40,000 nucleotides of DNA from an uncultured Flammeovirgaceae bacterium (GCA_913050055.1 CAJXAT010000002.1:23633-63632); one strand, 5' to 3'; shown: positions 10,396 through 20,908, counted from the stretch's first letter. Notes: generated from the sequence alone by a model not told the origin. Translations and numbers: made by a program.

Positions 10396-12246
10396 ATGAA
10401 TACATATTTTAGACTGCTTCAATACGCAAAACCTTACAAGTGGTTGATCCCTCAATACTTTATTTATACGTTGTTATTTGTTCTCTTCAGTGTAGTTAAC
10501 CTAGCTGTTTTAGCTCCCTTACTCAATTTACTGTTTAAGCCCGCTTCGACAGCTGCAACCGAATCAACTTCAGTTGAGCCTGATCCTTGGTCACTAGAGC
10601 AATTTTATACATATTTAAATGAATTTATTGCTACGCAAACCAAAGAAGATGCCCTTTACGCCATCTGCCTGATTCTCATCATTTCCGTAGTCTTTGCCAA
10701 CCTCTTTAATTATCTGACCCTTATGCTTCAGGCAAAAGCGCGAATAAATGCGGTAACAAACCTCAGAAATTCAGTTTTTAATCGAATTACCGAATTGGAT
10801 ATGGGTTATTTTACGGACGCTCGCAAAGGAGATCTCATGACCAAAGTAAGCACCGATGTTCAAAACATAGAAGCTACCATTGTCAATTCGCTCACGGTCC
10901 TTTTCAAAGAACCTTTTTTAATTTTGGGCTATTTCTTTGTCTTATTTTTTATCTCTACAGAGCTCACTTTGTACACGCTGCTTTTAGTTCCTGTCTCTGG
11001 ATCAGCCATTTCTTACATTGCTAAAAGGCTGAAAAGAAGAGCCCAATTTACTCAAGAATCTATCAGCAGGTTAACCAATATACTAGAAGAAACGTTATCA
11101 GGCATAAGAGTCATCAAAGCATTTAATGCACAATGGTACACGCAAAAAAAATTCACAAGCGAGGCTGGCGTTTATGCTCACCAAAGCATGAGAATGGCCA
11201 TAAAATCAAATCTTTCAGCACCTCTGTCTCAGGTACTCGGCACCTCAATGCTCTGTTTAATCTTATTAATTGGAGGCCATATGGTATTGAGTGATTCGTA
11301 TCAATTAGATCCTTCCAAATTTATTCTCTTTTTAATCACTTTTGGTCAACTCATCGTCCCTGCCAAGAACATTGCCAATGCTTTTACTAATATTCAGAAA
11401 GGGTTGATTTCAAGTGAGCGCGTATTTCAACTAATTGATACACCCATAAAGGTAACCGACCATGCAAATTCACAAGATTTAATAAACTTCAAAACACATA
11501 TCTCCTTCGAGGGGGTCGATTTTGCTTATGAAGATCGAAAAGTGCTCAATGACATCAGTTTCCATATCGCCAAAGGAAGCACTGTGGCCATGGTAGGCCA
11601 ATCTGGAGGAGGGAAATCAACCATTGCTGATCTCTTGGCCCGATTTTATGATCCCACAGAAGGCTCAATCAAAGTAGATGGACAAGACATCAAAGACATT
11701 ACCATCTCCTCTCTAAGAAAAAAAATGGGTATTGTCACCCAAGAGTCCATTTTATTTAATGATACCATCCGTCAAAATATTTCCTTTGGAAAAGCTGAGG
11801 CTAACTTAGAAGAAATCATCGCAGCCGCTAAAATCGCAAATGCACATCAGTTTATCATGCAGCTTGAAAAGGGTTATGATACCGTCATTGGTGAGCGAGG
11901 ATCTAAATTGTCAGGAGGACAAAAACAAAGAATGAGCATCGCACGTGCGCTTCTAAAAAACTCTGAAATCCTCATTTTGGATGAGGCTACTTCAGCCCTG
12001 GATTCTGAGTCTGAAAAACTGGTGCAAGATGCGATACTCAATCTGACAAAAAACAGGACGACCTTAGTGATTGCCCATAGATTAAGTACCATCCAAAATG
12101 CAGACCTAATTTTGGTCCTCAAAGAGGGGAAAATCATTCAATCAGGCACCCATCTGGAATTAATTAAGGAAGCGGGAGTTTATAAAACGCTTCTGGAAAT
12201 TCAGAATCTGCCCCATTCGCAAACAGCATCAAGTTCCTCAAAATAA
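10396..12246 (+). CDS. ABC transporter, fused TM + ATPase, MsbA-like
   Basis: Walker A GQSGGGKST, signature LSGGQKQRMSIARALL, Walker B ILILDEATSALD, six-TM ABC exporter fold. Confidence 0.92.
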   Translation: MNTYFRLLQYAKPYKWLIPQYFIYTLLFVLFSVVNLAVLAPLLNLLFKPASTAATESTSVEPDPWSLEQFYTYLNEFIATQTKEDALYAICLILIISVVFANLFNYLTLMLQAKARINAVTNLRNSVFNRITELDMGYFTDARKGDLMTKVSTDVQNIEATIVNSLTVLFKEPFLILGYFFVLFFISTELTLYTLLLVPVSGSAISYIAKRLKRRAQFTQESISRLTNILEETLSGIRVIKAFNAQWYTQKKFTSEAGVYAHQSMRMAIKSNLSAPLSQVLGTSMLCLILLIGGHMVLSDSYQLDPSKFILFLITFGQLIVPAKNIANAFTNIQKGLISSERVFQLIDTPIKVTDHANSQDLINFKTHISFEGVDFAYEDRKVLNDISFHIAKGSTVAMVGQSGGGKSTIADLLARFYDPTEGSIKVDGQDIKDITISSLRKKMGIVTQESILFNDTIRQNISFGKAEANLEEIIAAAKIANAHQFIMQLEKGYDTVIGERGSKLSGGQKQRMSIARALLKNSEILILDEATSALDSESEKLVQDAILNLTKNRTTLVIAHRLSTIQNADLILVLKEGKIIQSGTHLELIKEAGVYKTLLEIQNLPHSQTASSSSK

Positions 12247-12298
12247 TAACTTCATTTATCCTTTATATATTAACTTTAAATATCTCATTTGAACTAAA

Positions 12299-12664
12299 AT
12301 GATAAAGTTTACAAACGCTTTTTCGATTCTTTACCTCGTGGCAGCCATCTCATCTATCATGATGATCTATTACGAGGCTATCATACTCGAGACCCTTCAA
12401 AATTGGGGCTACTGGTTGAGTCTCAAACAACTCCCAGTGATTGGAGCCAATCTGATTTTACTGTTATCGGTGCTGATGTTACTCGAAGTCATTTTTCAAA
12501 AGTTCGCCATCAACAAGCTTAAAAATAAAATCAGGGAGCAAATGGCTGAGGTCATGTCCATAAAATCAAAATTATATGATCAAATAACCCATGATGATGG
12601 CTCCAATTCTGAATCAAAAGATGACCCTAACCAAACTTCTTTAGAAGAAAATGAAGATTACTAA
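12299..12664 (+). CDS. Hypothetical small membrane protein
   Basis: Two predicted TM segments then charged/coiled tail; sits between ABC transporter and gmhA in the same direction. Confidence 0.55.
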   Translation: MIKFTNAFSILYLVAAISSIMMIYYEAIILETLQNWGYWLSLKQLPVIGANLILLLSVLMLLEVIFQKFAINKLKNKIREQMAEVMSIKSKLYDQITHDDGSNSESKDDPNQTSLEENEDY

Positions 12665-13241
12665 TCAGATTGAAATAATAACACAAGAGCTGCAAGAAGC
12701 TCATCAAGTATTGTCGAACTTCATGGCAGACCCTAAGTTGATCGAAACCATCGCCGAAATGGCTCATCTTATGACCCAAGCCATAGAAAATGGAGGTAAA
12801 ATAATCACTTGTGGAAATGGAGGTTCGCATTGCGATGCAATGCATTTCGCCGAAGAACTTACCGGTCGATATAGAAATGACCGTAAATCCCTTCCTGCCA
12901 TCACTATTTCGGATGCAGCACACCTCACTTGTGTGGGTAATGATTATGGTTATGAATTCATATTTTCAAGATTTATCGAGGGGATGGGCAATAATGGAGA
13001 TGTGCTCTTAGCCATCAGCACGAGTGGCAATTCTATGAACATTGTTAATGCAGTAAAGGCCGCAAAAGAAAAGAATATGAAAACCATAGTACTCGCCGGA
13101 AAAAATGGGGGTAAATTGGCAGAGATGGCAGATAAGATATTGATTGTACCGCATTTTGGATTTGCCGATAGGATTCAAGAAATACATATCAAGATTATCC
13201 ACATTATGATCTTATTGATTGAGCAAAAAATAACTCATTAA
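12651..13241 (+). CDS. gmhA: Phosphoheptose isomerase (SIS domain)
   Basis: [84 protein letters not shown]. Confidence 0.93.
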   Translation: MKITNQIEIITQELQEAHQVLSNFMADPKLIETIAEMAHLMTQAIENGGKIITCGNGGSHCDAMHFAEELTGRYRNDRKSLPAITISDAAHLTCVGNDYGYEFIFSRFIEGMGNNGDVLLAISTSGNSMNIVNAVKAAKEKNMKTIVLAGKNGGKLAEMADKILIVPHFGFADRIQEIHIKIIHIMILLIEQKITH

Positions 13242-13566
13242 TGATCTAATTTTGAGAAGCATCCTTCAAAGGATAGTTTCCTAGCGAGTTTACGCAGATC
13301 TCATTATAAAACATTCAGATCCAGAATGGTTTCATAAAATAATAAAATACGATCAATTAAAAGAGCTTGATTCTTGCAAATTAGATCAGTTTAGTAAGTC
13401 TAGCAATATGCGGCCAACTAATAGGCATAGGACTTAATTCATTACACAAAAACTCAGATTCAAGACATTAAATACTGACTGGGGAAGTAAAGTTGATTCT
13501 AGATTTGTAAGTGCGACAAGTGTCCTGTATTTTGACCTACTCTATCAATGATTATTTTAATAAATT

Positions 13567-15109
13567 ATATTAGCTAAAACCTATGGCAGTGCAGTGTACG
13601 GTGTTGATGCCTTCATTATAACAATTGAGGTAGATGTTGGCCAAGGAACCCAATTTTTTATGGTAGGACTGCCTGATTCAGCAGTTAAAGAAAGTCAACA
13701 GCGGGTGGAGGCAGCAATTAAGTTTTATAACTACCACATGCCCCGTCAGAAGATTATGGTAAATTTGGCTCCAACCGATATCAAAAAAGAAGGCTCCTTT
13801 TATGACCTCCCCATTGCATTAGCCATCTTAAGCGCCTCTAACCAAGTTCATATACCCATGCTTGATCAATATTTAGTGATGGGAGAATTATCCCTGGACG
13901 GCCAATTGCGCCCACTCAGAGGTATCTTGCCCATTGCGATCGAAGCTCGAAAACAAGGATTTAAAGGATTTATATTACCCAAAGAAAATGCGAGGGAAGC
14001 GGCCATTGTAGATCAGTTAGAAATCGTTGGTGTCACAAATATCAAAGAAGCAGTGGAACATTTAAATGGGAAAATATCATTGCTCCCATGCAGTATGATA
14101 CCCGAGAAAACTTCGAGTAATCAAAATGAATACGAGGTAGATTTTTCAGACGTACAAGGGCAAGAAAACATCAAAAGAGCTTTTGAAATTGCCGCCGCAG
14201 GGGGGAATAATGTCATCATGATTGGGCCTCCGGGGGCAGGTAAAACCATGTTGGCCAAAAGACTTCCTTCCATTTTACCCCCTTTAAACCTTTATGAAGC
14301 CCTAGAAACGACCAAAATACATTCTGTTGCAGGAAAACTCGGAGTCGATGCTCATCTCATTTCGGCACGCCCATTTCAGGCATCAGGCACCCCACCATAC
14401 GGTAAGTGATGTCGCGCTGGTAGGCGGAGGAAGTATTCCGCAACGTGGTGAAATTTCTTTGGCCAATAATGGTATTCTTTTTTTAGACTAGCTTCCTGAA
14501 TTTAAACGTTCGGCCCTTGAGGTCCTCAGGCAGCCCCTCGAAGAGCGCCACATCACAATCTCTAGAGCACGAATGTCTATTGATTATCCTGCGAATTTTA
14601 TGTTGATTGCGAGCATGAACCCTTGTCCCTGCGGCTTTTATAACCATCCAGAAAAAGAATGTATATGTCCCCCAGGTGCCGTGCAGCGTTATCTCAATAA
14701 AATCAGTGGCACGTTGCTGGATCGTATAGATCTTCATGTGGAGGTGACCCCTATTTCCTTTGATCAGATGACTTCAAATAGAAAGTCTGAAAATAGTACG
14801 GCGATTCGTGATCGTGTCATCTCGGCTCAAAATCGTCAGAAATTAAGATTTGAAAGGCATACTGCCATTCATAATAACGCGATGATGCCTTCGCAAATGG
14901 TCAAAAATATCTACTCCATTAATGCCGCAGGTATGCTATTACTAAAAACAGCTATGGATAGATTAGGGCTTTCGACCAGGGCCTATGATAGAATTTTGAA
15001 AGTCGCTCGCACCATTGCCGATCTAGCAGGAAAAGATGATATTCTCATCGAACATCTAGCCGAAGCCATTCAATATAGAAGTTTGGATCGCGAAAATTGG
15101 GCGGGTTAG
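13567..15109 (+). pseudogene. YifB/ComM-family Mg chelatase-like AAA+ ATPase, degraded (start loss, frameshift, in-frame stop)
   Basis: Homology continuous across three reading blocks: (I)LAKTYGSAVYGVDAF... GPPGAGKTMLAKRLPSILPPL...ISARPF | +7 bp | [52 protein letters not shown]...MNPCPCG...YRSLDRENW. Confidence 0.88.
14377..14390. repeat. 7-bp near-perfect tandem duplication (CAGGCAT CAGGCAC) at the frameshift in the YifB-like gene
   Basis: Read directly; removing one 7-bp unit restores [19 protein letters not shown] in one frame. Confidence 0.8.
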
Positions 15110-15276
15110 TGGGGCTTAACGTCTGGTTTTTTACATACAAAAAATTTAGGGTGGATGGCCAAGAAATAATTGGACTTTCGTTCAAGTAACAATTATTGTC
15201 CTAAATTTAATCTCATAATATTTGCAGATAATTTCAACCCTAATAAAATATTGATCCCAGAACAAATCAAAATAGC

Positions 15277-16626
15277 ATGCTCAAAAAAACGCTCCTCCTC
15301 ACTTCTGGTCTCCTCATTCTCTTTTTTTCCAGCATCCTTACTCGTATAGATCGTACCCCATACAAGGCGCTTGATTTTTATAAAAAAAGTATCTATGAAA
15401 TCAATCAGTTACTGACAAAAAATCACATTCCCTCCATCGGGGATACCTTGTTGATAGGGTTCGCCCGGGCCAACTTAACACCTCCCGACTTGGCTCCTTT
15501 AGCGGGTTATGGGAATCGACGACCCAAAGAAATGACGAGCGTTCATGACTCCATCTACGTTAACACTACCGTCATAAACAATGGTAAAAATAAAATCGCC
15601 ATCGTCTCAGCAGACCTGTTAATTATTCCGCCAGAAGTAACTGCCCTTTTAAAAGAAAACCTTTTTAACTCGGGTTGGTCCGTACCGGAAATTTTTCTTT
15701 CCGCCACCCACACGCATTCCAGTTTAGGGGGTTGGGCCCCTGGTTTGGTAGGCAATATGATCGCAGGAACCTACGATGTCAAATATCCTGAATTTATCGC
15801 CAATCAAATCATAGCCAGTATTCAGATGGCTGAGAAAAAGTTAAATGCTGGTGCCTGGAGTTTTAATGAATTATCCATTCCTTCATTGATTAATAATCGA
15901 CTCGTCGGTACCCAAGGCATTACCGATCCCTCCTTAAAACTCATGGCCTTAAAATCAGGCATGCAAGAAGGAGTACATGTATTTTACGGTGCCCATGCCA
16001 CTTGCCTATCTGGTGAAAATAAAGAAATGTCTAGAGATTATCCCGGCGTTTTCTCTGATTGGGTGGTGAACCATACTCCCCTCGATTTTGCTGTTTACAG
16101 CGCCGGCGCCGTAGCAAGCATGGGTCCTGAAACCGGTCTAAGACAAGGATTTGACCGCGCTCAATTTATGGGTGAAGAAATGGCCAAGCAAGTTGCTTTA
16201 ATTCAGCAATTTGGATTCCCTTATGAAAACCAATTAAATCTTAACTTTATTAGAATCCCCCTTTTTTTAAGACAGCCTATGGTCAAAATTTCTGAAAACT
16301 GGGCGCTTCGTCCATGGGTCTTTAAATGGGCATTTGGTCACTCCCCATTGGAAATCTCCATGATTCAGCTCAATGATTTGGTCATGATTGGATTGCCTTG
16401 TGATTTCTCTGGGGAATTGGCAGTGGAGTTGTATGCCTATGCCAAGTCCAAAAATCTAAATCTAATTATCTCATCATTTAACGGTGGATATGCAGGATAT
16501 GTCCCTGATGACAAATGGTACGATTTGGAAAAATACGAGCCCCGCTCCATGAGTTGGTATGGGCATGATAATGGTGCCTATTTTGTTGAGATCATCAAAC
16601 TTTTAATCGATTACAATCAATCATGA
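15277..16626 (+). CDS. Neutral/alkaline non-lysosomal ceramidase-like protein, membrane-anchored or secreted
   Basis: N-terminal TM; LIGFARANLTPPDLAPLAGYGNRRPKEMTSVHDSIYV..., LSATHTHSSLGGW, INDLVMIGLPCDFSGELA-like block. Confidence 0.75.
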   Translation: MLKKTLLLTSGLLILFFSSILTRIDRTPYKALDFYKKSIYEINQLLTKNHIPSIGDTLLIGFARANLTPPDLAPLAGYGNRRPKEMTSVHDSIYVNTTVINNGKNKIAIVSADLLIIPPEVTALLKENLFNSGWSVPEIFLSATHTHSSLGGWAPGLVGNMIAGTYDVKYPEFIANQIIASIQMAEKKLNAGAWSFNELSIPSLINNRLVGTQGITDPSLKLMALKSGMQEGVHVFYGAHATCLSGENKEMSRDYPGVFSDWVVNHTPLDFAVYSAGAVASMGPETGLRQGFDRAQFMGEEMAKQVALIQQFGFPYENQLNLNFIRIPLFLRQPMVKISENWALRPWVFKWAFGHSPLEISMIQLNDLVMIGLPCDFSGELAVELYAYAKSKNLNLIISSFNGGYAGYVPDDKWYDLEKYEPRSMSWYGHDNGAYFVEIIKLLIDYNQS

Positions 16627-17702
16627 ATATCACTCGACCTACTTTAATCATCGATGAAGTCAAAGCAAGAAAAAACATTGCCTTTATGGCTGGCAAGGCC
16701 AAAAAATCTAATCTGCTATTTAGGCCTCATTTTAAAACTCATCAATCTGCGACCGTAGCGCGGTGGTTCCTTGAAATGGGAGTAAACCACATTGCTGTTT
16801 CTTCTCTCGCCATGGCCCATTATTTTTATCAGCATGGTTGGGATGACATCCATATTGCCTTCCCTTACAACTTGTTGGAACATCAAGAACTCAATGAATT
16901 AGCCAAGCACATTAAGCTGACCGTATCAATCGAATCTCAGCAAGCCTTAACACATCTTAAATCCCATATGAAAACCCCCATCCGCTACATGATTAAAACG
17001 GATGTCGGTTATGGAAGAACGGGAATTGATGCGAGTAATTGGGAATCTATTTTATCATTGGCTGATCAAGGAAATTCAATATGTCAATTTTCTGGATTGA
17101 TGGCACATGCAGGGCATACTTATGATGCTAATGGTATAGATGAGATAGAAAAAGTGCATAAAAAAAGTCTCCAAAAACTGGAAATCTTAGTCAACCGGTT
17201 TATAGACCCTCCCTTTGTAAGCTATGGGGATACCCCTTCTTGTTCTGTCTCTAAAAATTTCAACTTGATCTCCGAATTTCGCTGCGGAAACTTCGTTTAT
17301 TATGATCTGACACAAGTGGCGATAGGCTCTTGTTCGGTTGATCAAATCGCAGTGGCTATGGCTTGCCCAATTGTGGCAGAACATTATGATCGTAATGAAG
17401 TGGTCATCTATGGTGGCGCCGTCCATTTTTCTAAAGATTTCGTCATAAGTCCTCGTAAGCATTTTGGCCAAATTGTAACTTTTAATAAAAATGGCTGGGT
17501 AGTTTTAGAGGGTGTCTACCTCAAAAAAATATCTCAAGAGCACGGCATCATTCATTTACCCAAAAATGTTGACAAAAAAAATCAATTCTCACTCGGCCAT
17601 ATTATCGGTATCTTACCAGTCCATTCATGCCTTACAGCAGATCTCATGATGGGGCAAGAAACACTCAGTGGTCACCCAATAGATAAAATGATGCGAATAT
17701 GA
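16623..17702 (+). CDS. PLP-dependent D-threonine aldolase/D-serine dehydratase-like (alanine racemase N-fold) enzyme
   Basis: PTLIIDEVKARKNIAFMAGKAKKSNLLFRPHFKTHQS, MIKTDVGYGRTGID, MAHAGHTYD, GYIVGVLPVHSCLTADLM-type motif (GIL PVHSCLTADLM here). Confidence 0.78.
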   Translation: MNITRPTLIIDEVKARKNIAFMAGKAKKSNLLFRPHFKTHQSATVARWFLEMGVNHIAVSSLAMAHYFYQHGWDDIHIAFPYNLLEHQELNELAKHIKLTVSIESQQALTHLKSHMKTPIRYMIKTDVGYGRTGIDASNWESILSLADQGNSICQFSGLMAHAGHTYDANGIDEIEKVHKKSLQKLEILVNRFIDPPFVSYGDTPSCSVSKNFNLISEFRCGNFVYYDLTQVAIGSCSVDQIAVAMACPIVAEHYDRNEVVIYGGAVHFSKDFVISPRKHFGQIVTFNKNGWVVLEGVYLKKISQEHGIIHLPKNVDKKNQFSLGHIIGILPVHSCLTADLMMGQETLSGHPIDKMMRI

Positions 17703-18805
17703 AAAAAATTAGTATTACGGCACTTTCTATGCTCTTCTTTTATGGTGCAATAGGTGAACCAAAAGACTCCCTGGATATTATGATTGGTCAAATGATTCAG
17801 ATAGGAATTACTGATTTTGGTGATGCTTCGGTGCGTAACGAATTACGTAATCTCATCAAAACCGGTAAAGTCGGTGGGGTCATCCTTTTTGAAAAAAATC
17901 TGCAAAAAGAAGATACAAAAGTGGCATTAAAAAAAATGATTGAGGAGCTCCAAAAAGAGGCCAACATCCCTTTGTTTGTTGCCATAGATGAAGAAGGAGG
18001 CTATGTGAATCGCTTGAAACCTAAATATGGCTTCCCAAAAACTGTTTCAGCTGCCTATTTGGGGGCCATGGATGACCTAGATTCAACAAAATTCTATAGT
18101 ACCCAAACCGCTCAAACTCTTAGTTCTCTTGGTTTTAATATAAACTATGCACCATCAGTAGATGTGGCCATTAACCCTAATAACCCGGTGATTGTAAAAA
18201 ATAAGCGTAGCTATTCAAAAGATCCCAAAACGGTCGCCCGACATGCGAATGCTTATATTGAAGGGCATAAACCTTTTAATGTGGCTACTGTACTGAAGCA
18301 TTTTCCAGGTCATGGTTCCTCTCAAGTAGATACGCATTTAGGCGTCGCCGACGTCTCTAATAGCTGGCAAAAAAAGGAGTTAGAACCTTATATTACATTG
18401 ATCAAAACAGGATCTGTTCAAGCCATAATGACCGCACACATTATCAACCAAAACCTAGACGAAGACCTATTTCCAGCTACACTCTCGAAGCGAATAATTA
18501 CAGACCTTCTTCGGAGAGAATTAGGATACGAAGGAGTCATTTTTAGTGATGATATGCACATGGCGGCCATTATTAAAAACTATGGCTTCAAGGAAGCCGT
18601 AGTTTTAGCCCTCAATGCAGGTATCGATTGCCTGATTTTTTCAAATAATATTTTTACTGATGATATCATTTCTGCCAAGGCCCTTCATCATCACATCAAA
18701 ACTCAAGTTTTGATGGGTACAATAGATGCAAAAAGCATCACTCAATCCTACCGCAGACTAATCAAACTAAAATCTGCACTCGGCCTGAACTCCTTAAAGT
18801 ATTGA
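17699..18805 (+). CDS. Glycoside hydrolase family 3 (beta-N-acetylhexosaminidase, NagZ-like)
   Basis: VGGVILFEKNL, AIDEEGGYVNRLK, NINYAPSVDVAINP, TVLKHFPGHGSSQVDTHLG, GVIFSDDMHMAAI. Confidence 0.9.
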   Translation: MKKISITALSMLFFYGAIGEPKDSLDIMIGQMIQIGITDFGDASVRNELRNLIKTGKVGGVILFEKNLQKEDTKVALKKMIEELQKEANIPLFVAIDEEGGYVNRLKPKYGFPKTVSAAYLGAMDDLDSTKFYSTQTAQTLSSLGFNINYAPSVDVAINPNNPVIVKNKRSYSKDPKTVARHANAYIEGHKPFNVATVLKHFPGHGSSQVDTHLGVADVSNSWQKKELEPYITLIKTGSVQAIMTAHIINQNLDEDLFPATLSKRIITDLLRRELGYEGVIFSDDMHMAAIIKNYGFKEAVVLALNAGIDCLIFSNNIFTDDIISAKALHHHIKTQVLMGTIDAKSITQSYRRLIKLKSALGLNSLKY

Positions 18806-18971
18806 CCCTCAATATTGATAGAAAAATCAAGCACCTTTATTCTAAATAATTTGGATTAAGCTGTTATTTCAAAGGATTCTATAAGAAATTTGCTAATTAA
18901 TAGTATTACTATTATTATTACAGATATAAATGACTAAGCTAGATTATTTACTACTAATAACATCGGCCAAA

Positions 18972-18997
18972 GTGAATATGCTTTGTGAATATGCTTT
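18972..18997. repeat. Perfect 13-bp tandem duplication GTGAATATGCTTT x2
   Basis: 18972-18984 and 18985-18997 identical. Confidence 0.85.
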
Positions 18998-19089
18998 AAG
19001 GGGACGCCTAAAAGGTAATATTAGAGGCCTAAAAATTTTCAGTTATTGGCTATTTGAAAAAAGTCATACGAATAGCGTACTTCAAAACT

Positions 19090-19965
19090 ATGATAAAATA
19101 TAATCCTAAATCCTGGGCATCCCTCATTTTTGATGTCTACAGTAGATATGTATTTAAATCATTACTGCCTCTCATTTTATTCATGGGTATCTTTTCGACC
19201 GCTTATGTAGCCATCATCGTTGATCTTGCGCAACTCCATTATGAAAGTACAATACAATTTCATTCTATTATTGGTGTGATGCTCGGGCTGTTTCTGGTCT
19301 TCAGAATCAATACCGCTTATGATCGTTGGTGGGAAGGAAGAAAATTATGGGGAAAATTAGTCAATGATACACGTTATTTGGCCATAAAAATAAATAATAT
19401 ACTCCCTGTTGATAGAACAGCCGATCGAGAATTTTTTATTGATATGATTGCGAATATTGCTTTCGCAACCAAAGAACATCTTCGAGACAGTATTCTTGTT
19501 AGTGAATTGTCATTGCCTGATGAGACCTTAAGGAATAACGTCATCTCTAGTACGCACAGACCTAATAAATTGGCTGACGCCTTATTTGAAAGAACCAATC
19601 AGCTTTATAAGGATCAGATAATTGATGGTTACCAACTTTATATTCTAGATAAAGAATTAAAGGGTTTTGTAGATATGATAGGAGGCTGCGAACGTATCAA
19701 AACAACTCCCATTCCTTTTTCATTCAGCATGTTTATCAAGAAATTTTTGTTCATTTACTCTTTAACACTTCCGGTCAGCTTTGCTTGGCAATTTGGTTAT
19801 TGGACGACGCCTATAGTAATTCTTACTTTTTATTTTTTAGTAAGTGTCGAACTTATCTCAGAAGAAATCGAAGACCCTTTTGGGGAAGATATCAATGATT
19901 TACCCCTTGATGAAATATGTTTCAAGATCAAAAAGAACGTTGAGGAGATCATGCTCAAAAATTAA
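19090..19965 (+). CDS. Bestrophin family (UPF0187) putative ion channel
   Basis: MIKYNPKSWASLIFDVYSR, LLGLFLVFRINTAYDRWWEGRKLWGKLVNDTR, IPFSFSMFIKKFLFIYSLTLP; start moved to ATG 19090 from the TTG at 19054. Confidence 0.85.
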   Translation: MIKYNPKSWASLIFDVYSRYVFKSLLPLILFMGIFSTAYVAIIVDLAQLHYESTIQFHSIIGVMLGLFLVFRINTAYDRWWEGRKLWGKLVNDTRYLAIKINNILPVDRTADREFFIDMIANIAFATKEHLRDSILVSELSLPDETLRNNVISSTHRPNKLADALFERTNQLYKDQIIDGYQLYILDKELKGFVDMIGGCERIKTTPIPFSFSMFIKKFLFIYSLTLPVSFAWQFGYWTTPIVILTFYFLVSVELISEEIEDPFGEDINDLPLDEICFKIKKNVEEIMLKN

Positions 19966-20017
19966 GCTCTTTTTTGGGGTCTCGATCTTTTTGAATAATG
20001 ACTAAAGCAATATCCCT

Positions 20018-20908
20018 TTAATCTAGAGATACGTTTACATGCCTTTCAGCATGATATGATGAGCGAACTAAAGGACCCGACTCAACATATTTCAATCCCC
20101 TCCTTAAGCCTTCCTCCTTGTACTTTTCAAATTGATCCGGATGGATGAACTCTGCTACTTCAATATGCATTTTAGTGGGTTGTAGATATTGTCCCAATGT
20201 CAAAATGTGTAATCCGGCCTCCACCAAATCATCTATGGCCTTAAAAACTTCTTCTTCAGTTTCTCCAAGACCTAGCATAATCCCTGATTTGGTTCGCTTG
20301 CCCATCTTGTAAGTACGTAGAGTTTGTTCTAGGCTTCTCGCATATCTTGCCTGAGGTCTGACTCTTTTATACAATCTTTCGACCGTTTCCATATTATGAG
20401 AAACGACCTCTTGTCCTCCCTCAACCATCCGCTGTAAGGCATCCCAATTGTTCTTAACATCTGGTATTAAGGTTTCAATAGTCGTTGTTGGGCTTAGTTC
20501 TTTTACCAATTTTACCGTCTGATACCATATTTCTGCACCCCGATCTTTGAGCTCATCTCGATTGACCGAAGTAAGTACCGCATGTTTTACCCCCATGGTG
20601 GCAATGGCTTCTGCAACGCGTTGGGGCTCAGCCTCATCATATTCAAGAGGTCGTCCCGTAGCTACCGCACAGAAGGTACAACTTCGTGTGCATACATTTC
20701 CTAAAATCATGAAGGTAGCCGTTCCTGCACCCCAACATTCACCCATGTTTGGACAGTTTCCACTCTCACAAATGGTATGCAGCTTGTTTTCATCTACAAT
20801 TTTACGAACCTTCGCATAATCTTCGCCAACTGGGAGTTTTACGCGCAGCCAATTTGGTTTTTTTATGTGCTTACCAGACGCTGCTGAAATTACAGGTAAT
20901 TCTATCAT
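20018..20908 (-). CDS. lipA: Lipoyl synthase (radical SAM)
   Basis: [70 protein letters not shown]; start adjusted to internal Met ([26 protein letters not shown]). Confidence 0.96.
   Translation of the reverse strand: MIELPVISAASGKHIKKPNWLRVKLPVGEDYAKVRKIVDENKLHTICESGNCPNMGECWGAGTATFMILGNVCTRSCTFCAVATGRPLEYDEAEPQRVAEAIATMGVKHAVLTSVNRDELKDRGAEIWYQTVKLVKELSPTTTIETLIPDVKNNWDALQRMVEGGQEVVSHNMETVERLYKRVRPQARYARSLEQTLRTYKMGKRTKSGIMLGLGETEEEVFKAIDDLVEAGLHILTLGQYLQPTKMHIEVAEFIHPDQFEKYKEEGLRRGLKYVESGPLVRSSYHAERHVNVSLD

Noticed and set aside
10212-10397. 61-aa minus-strand ORF between rpmE2 and the ABC transporter
   Set aside because: Short, no motif, ends at the start of the convincing transporter gene; probably chance.
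19054-19089. TTG start for bestrophin giving 12 extra residues
   Set aside because: MIKYNPKSW from ATG 19090 matches the usual family N-terminus better.
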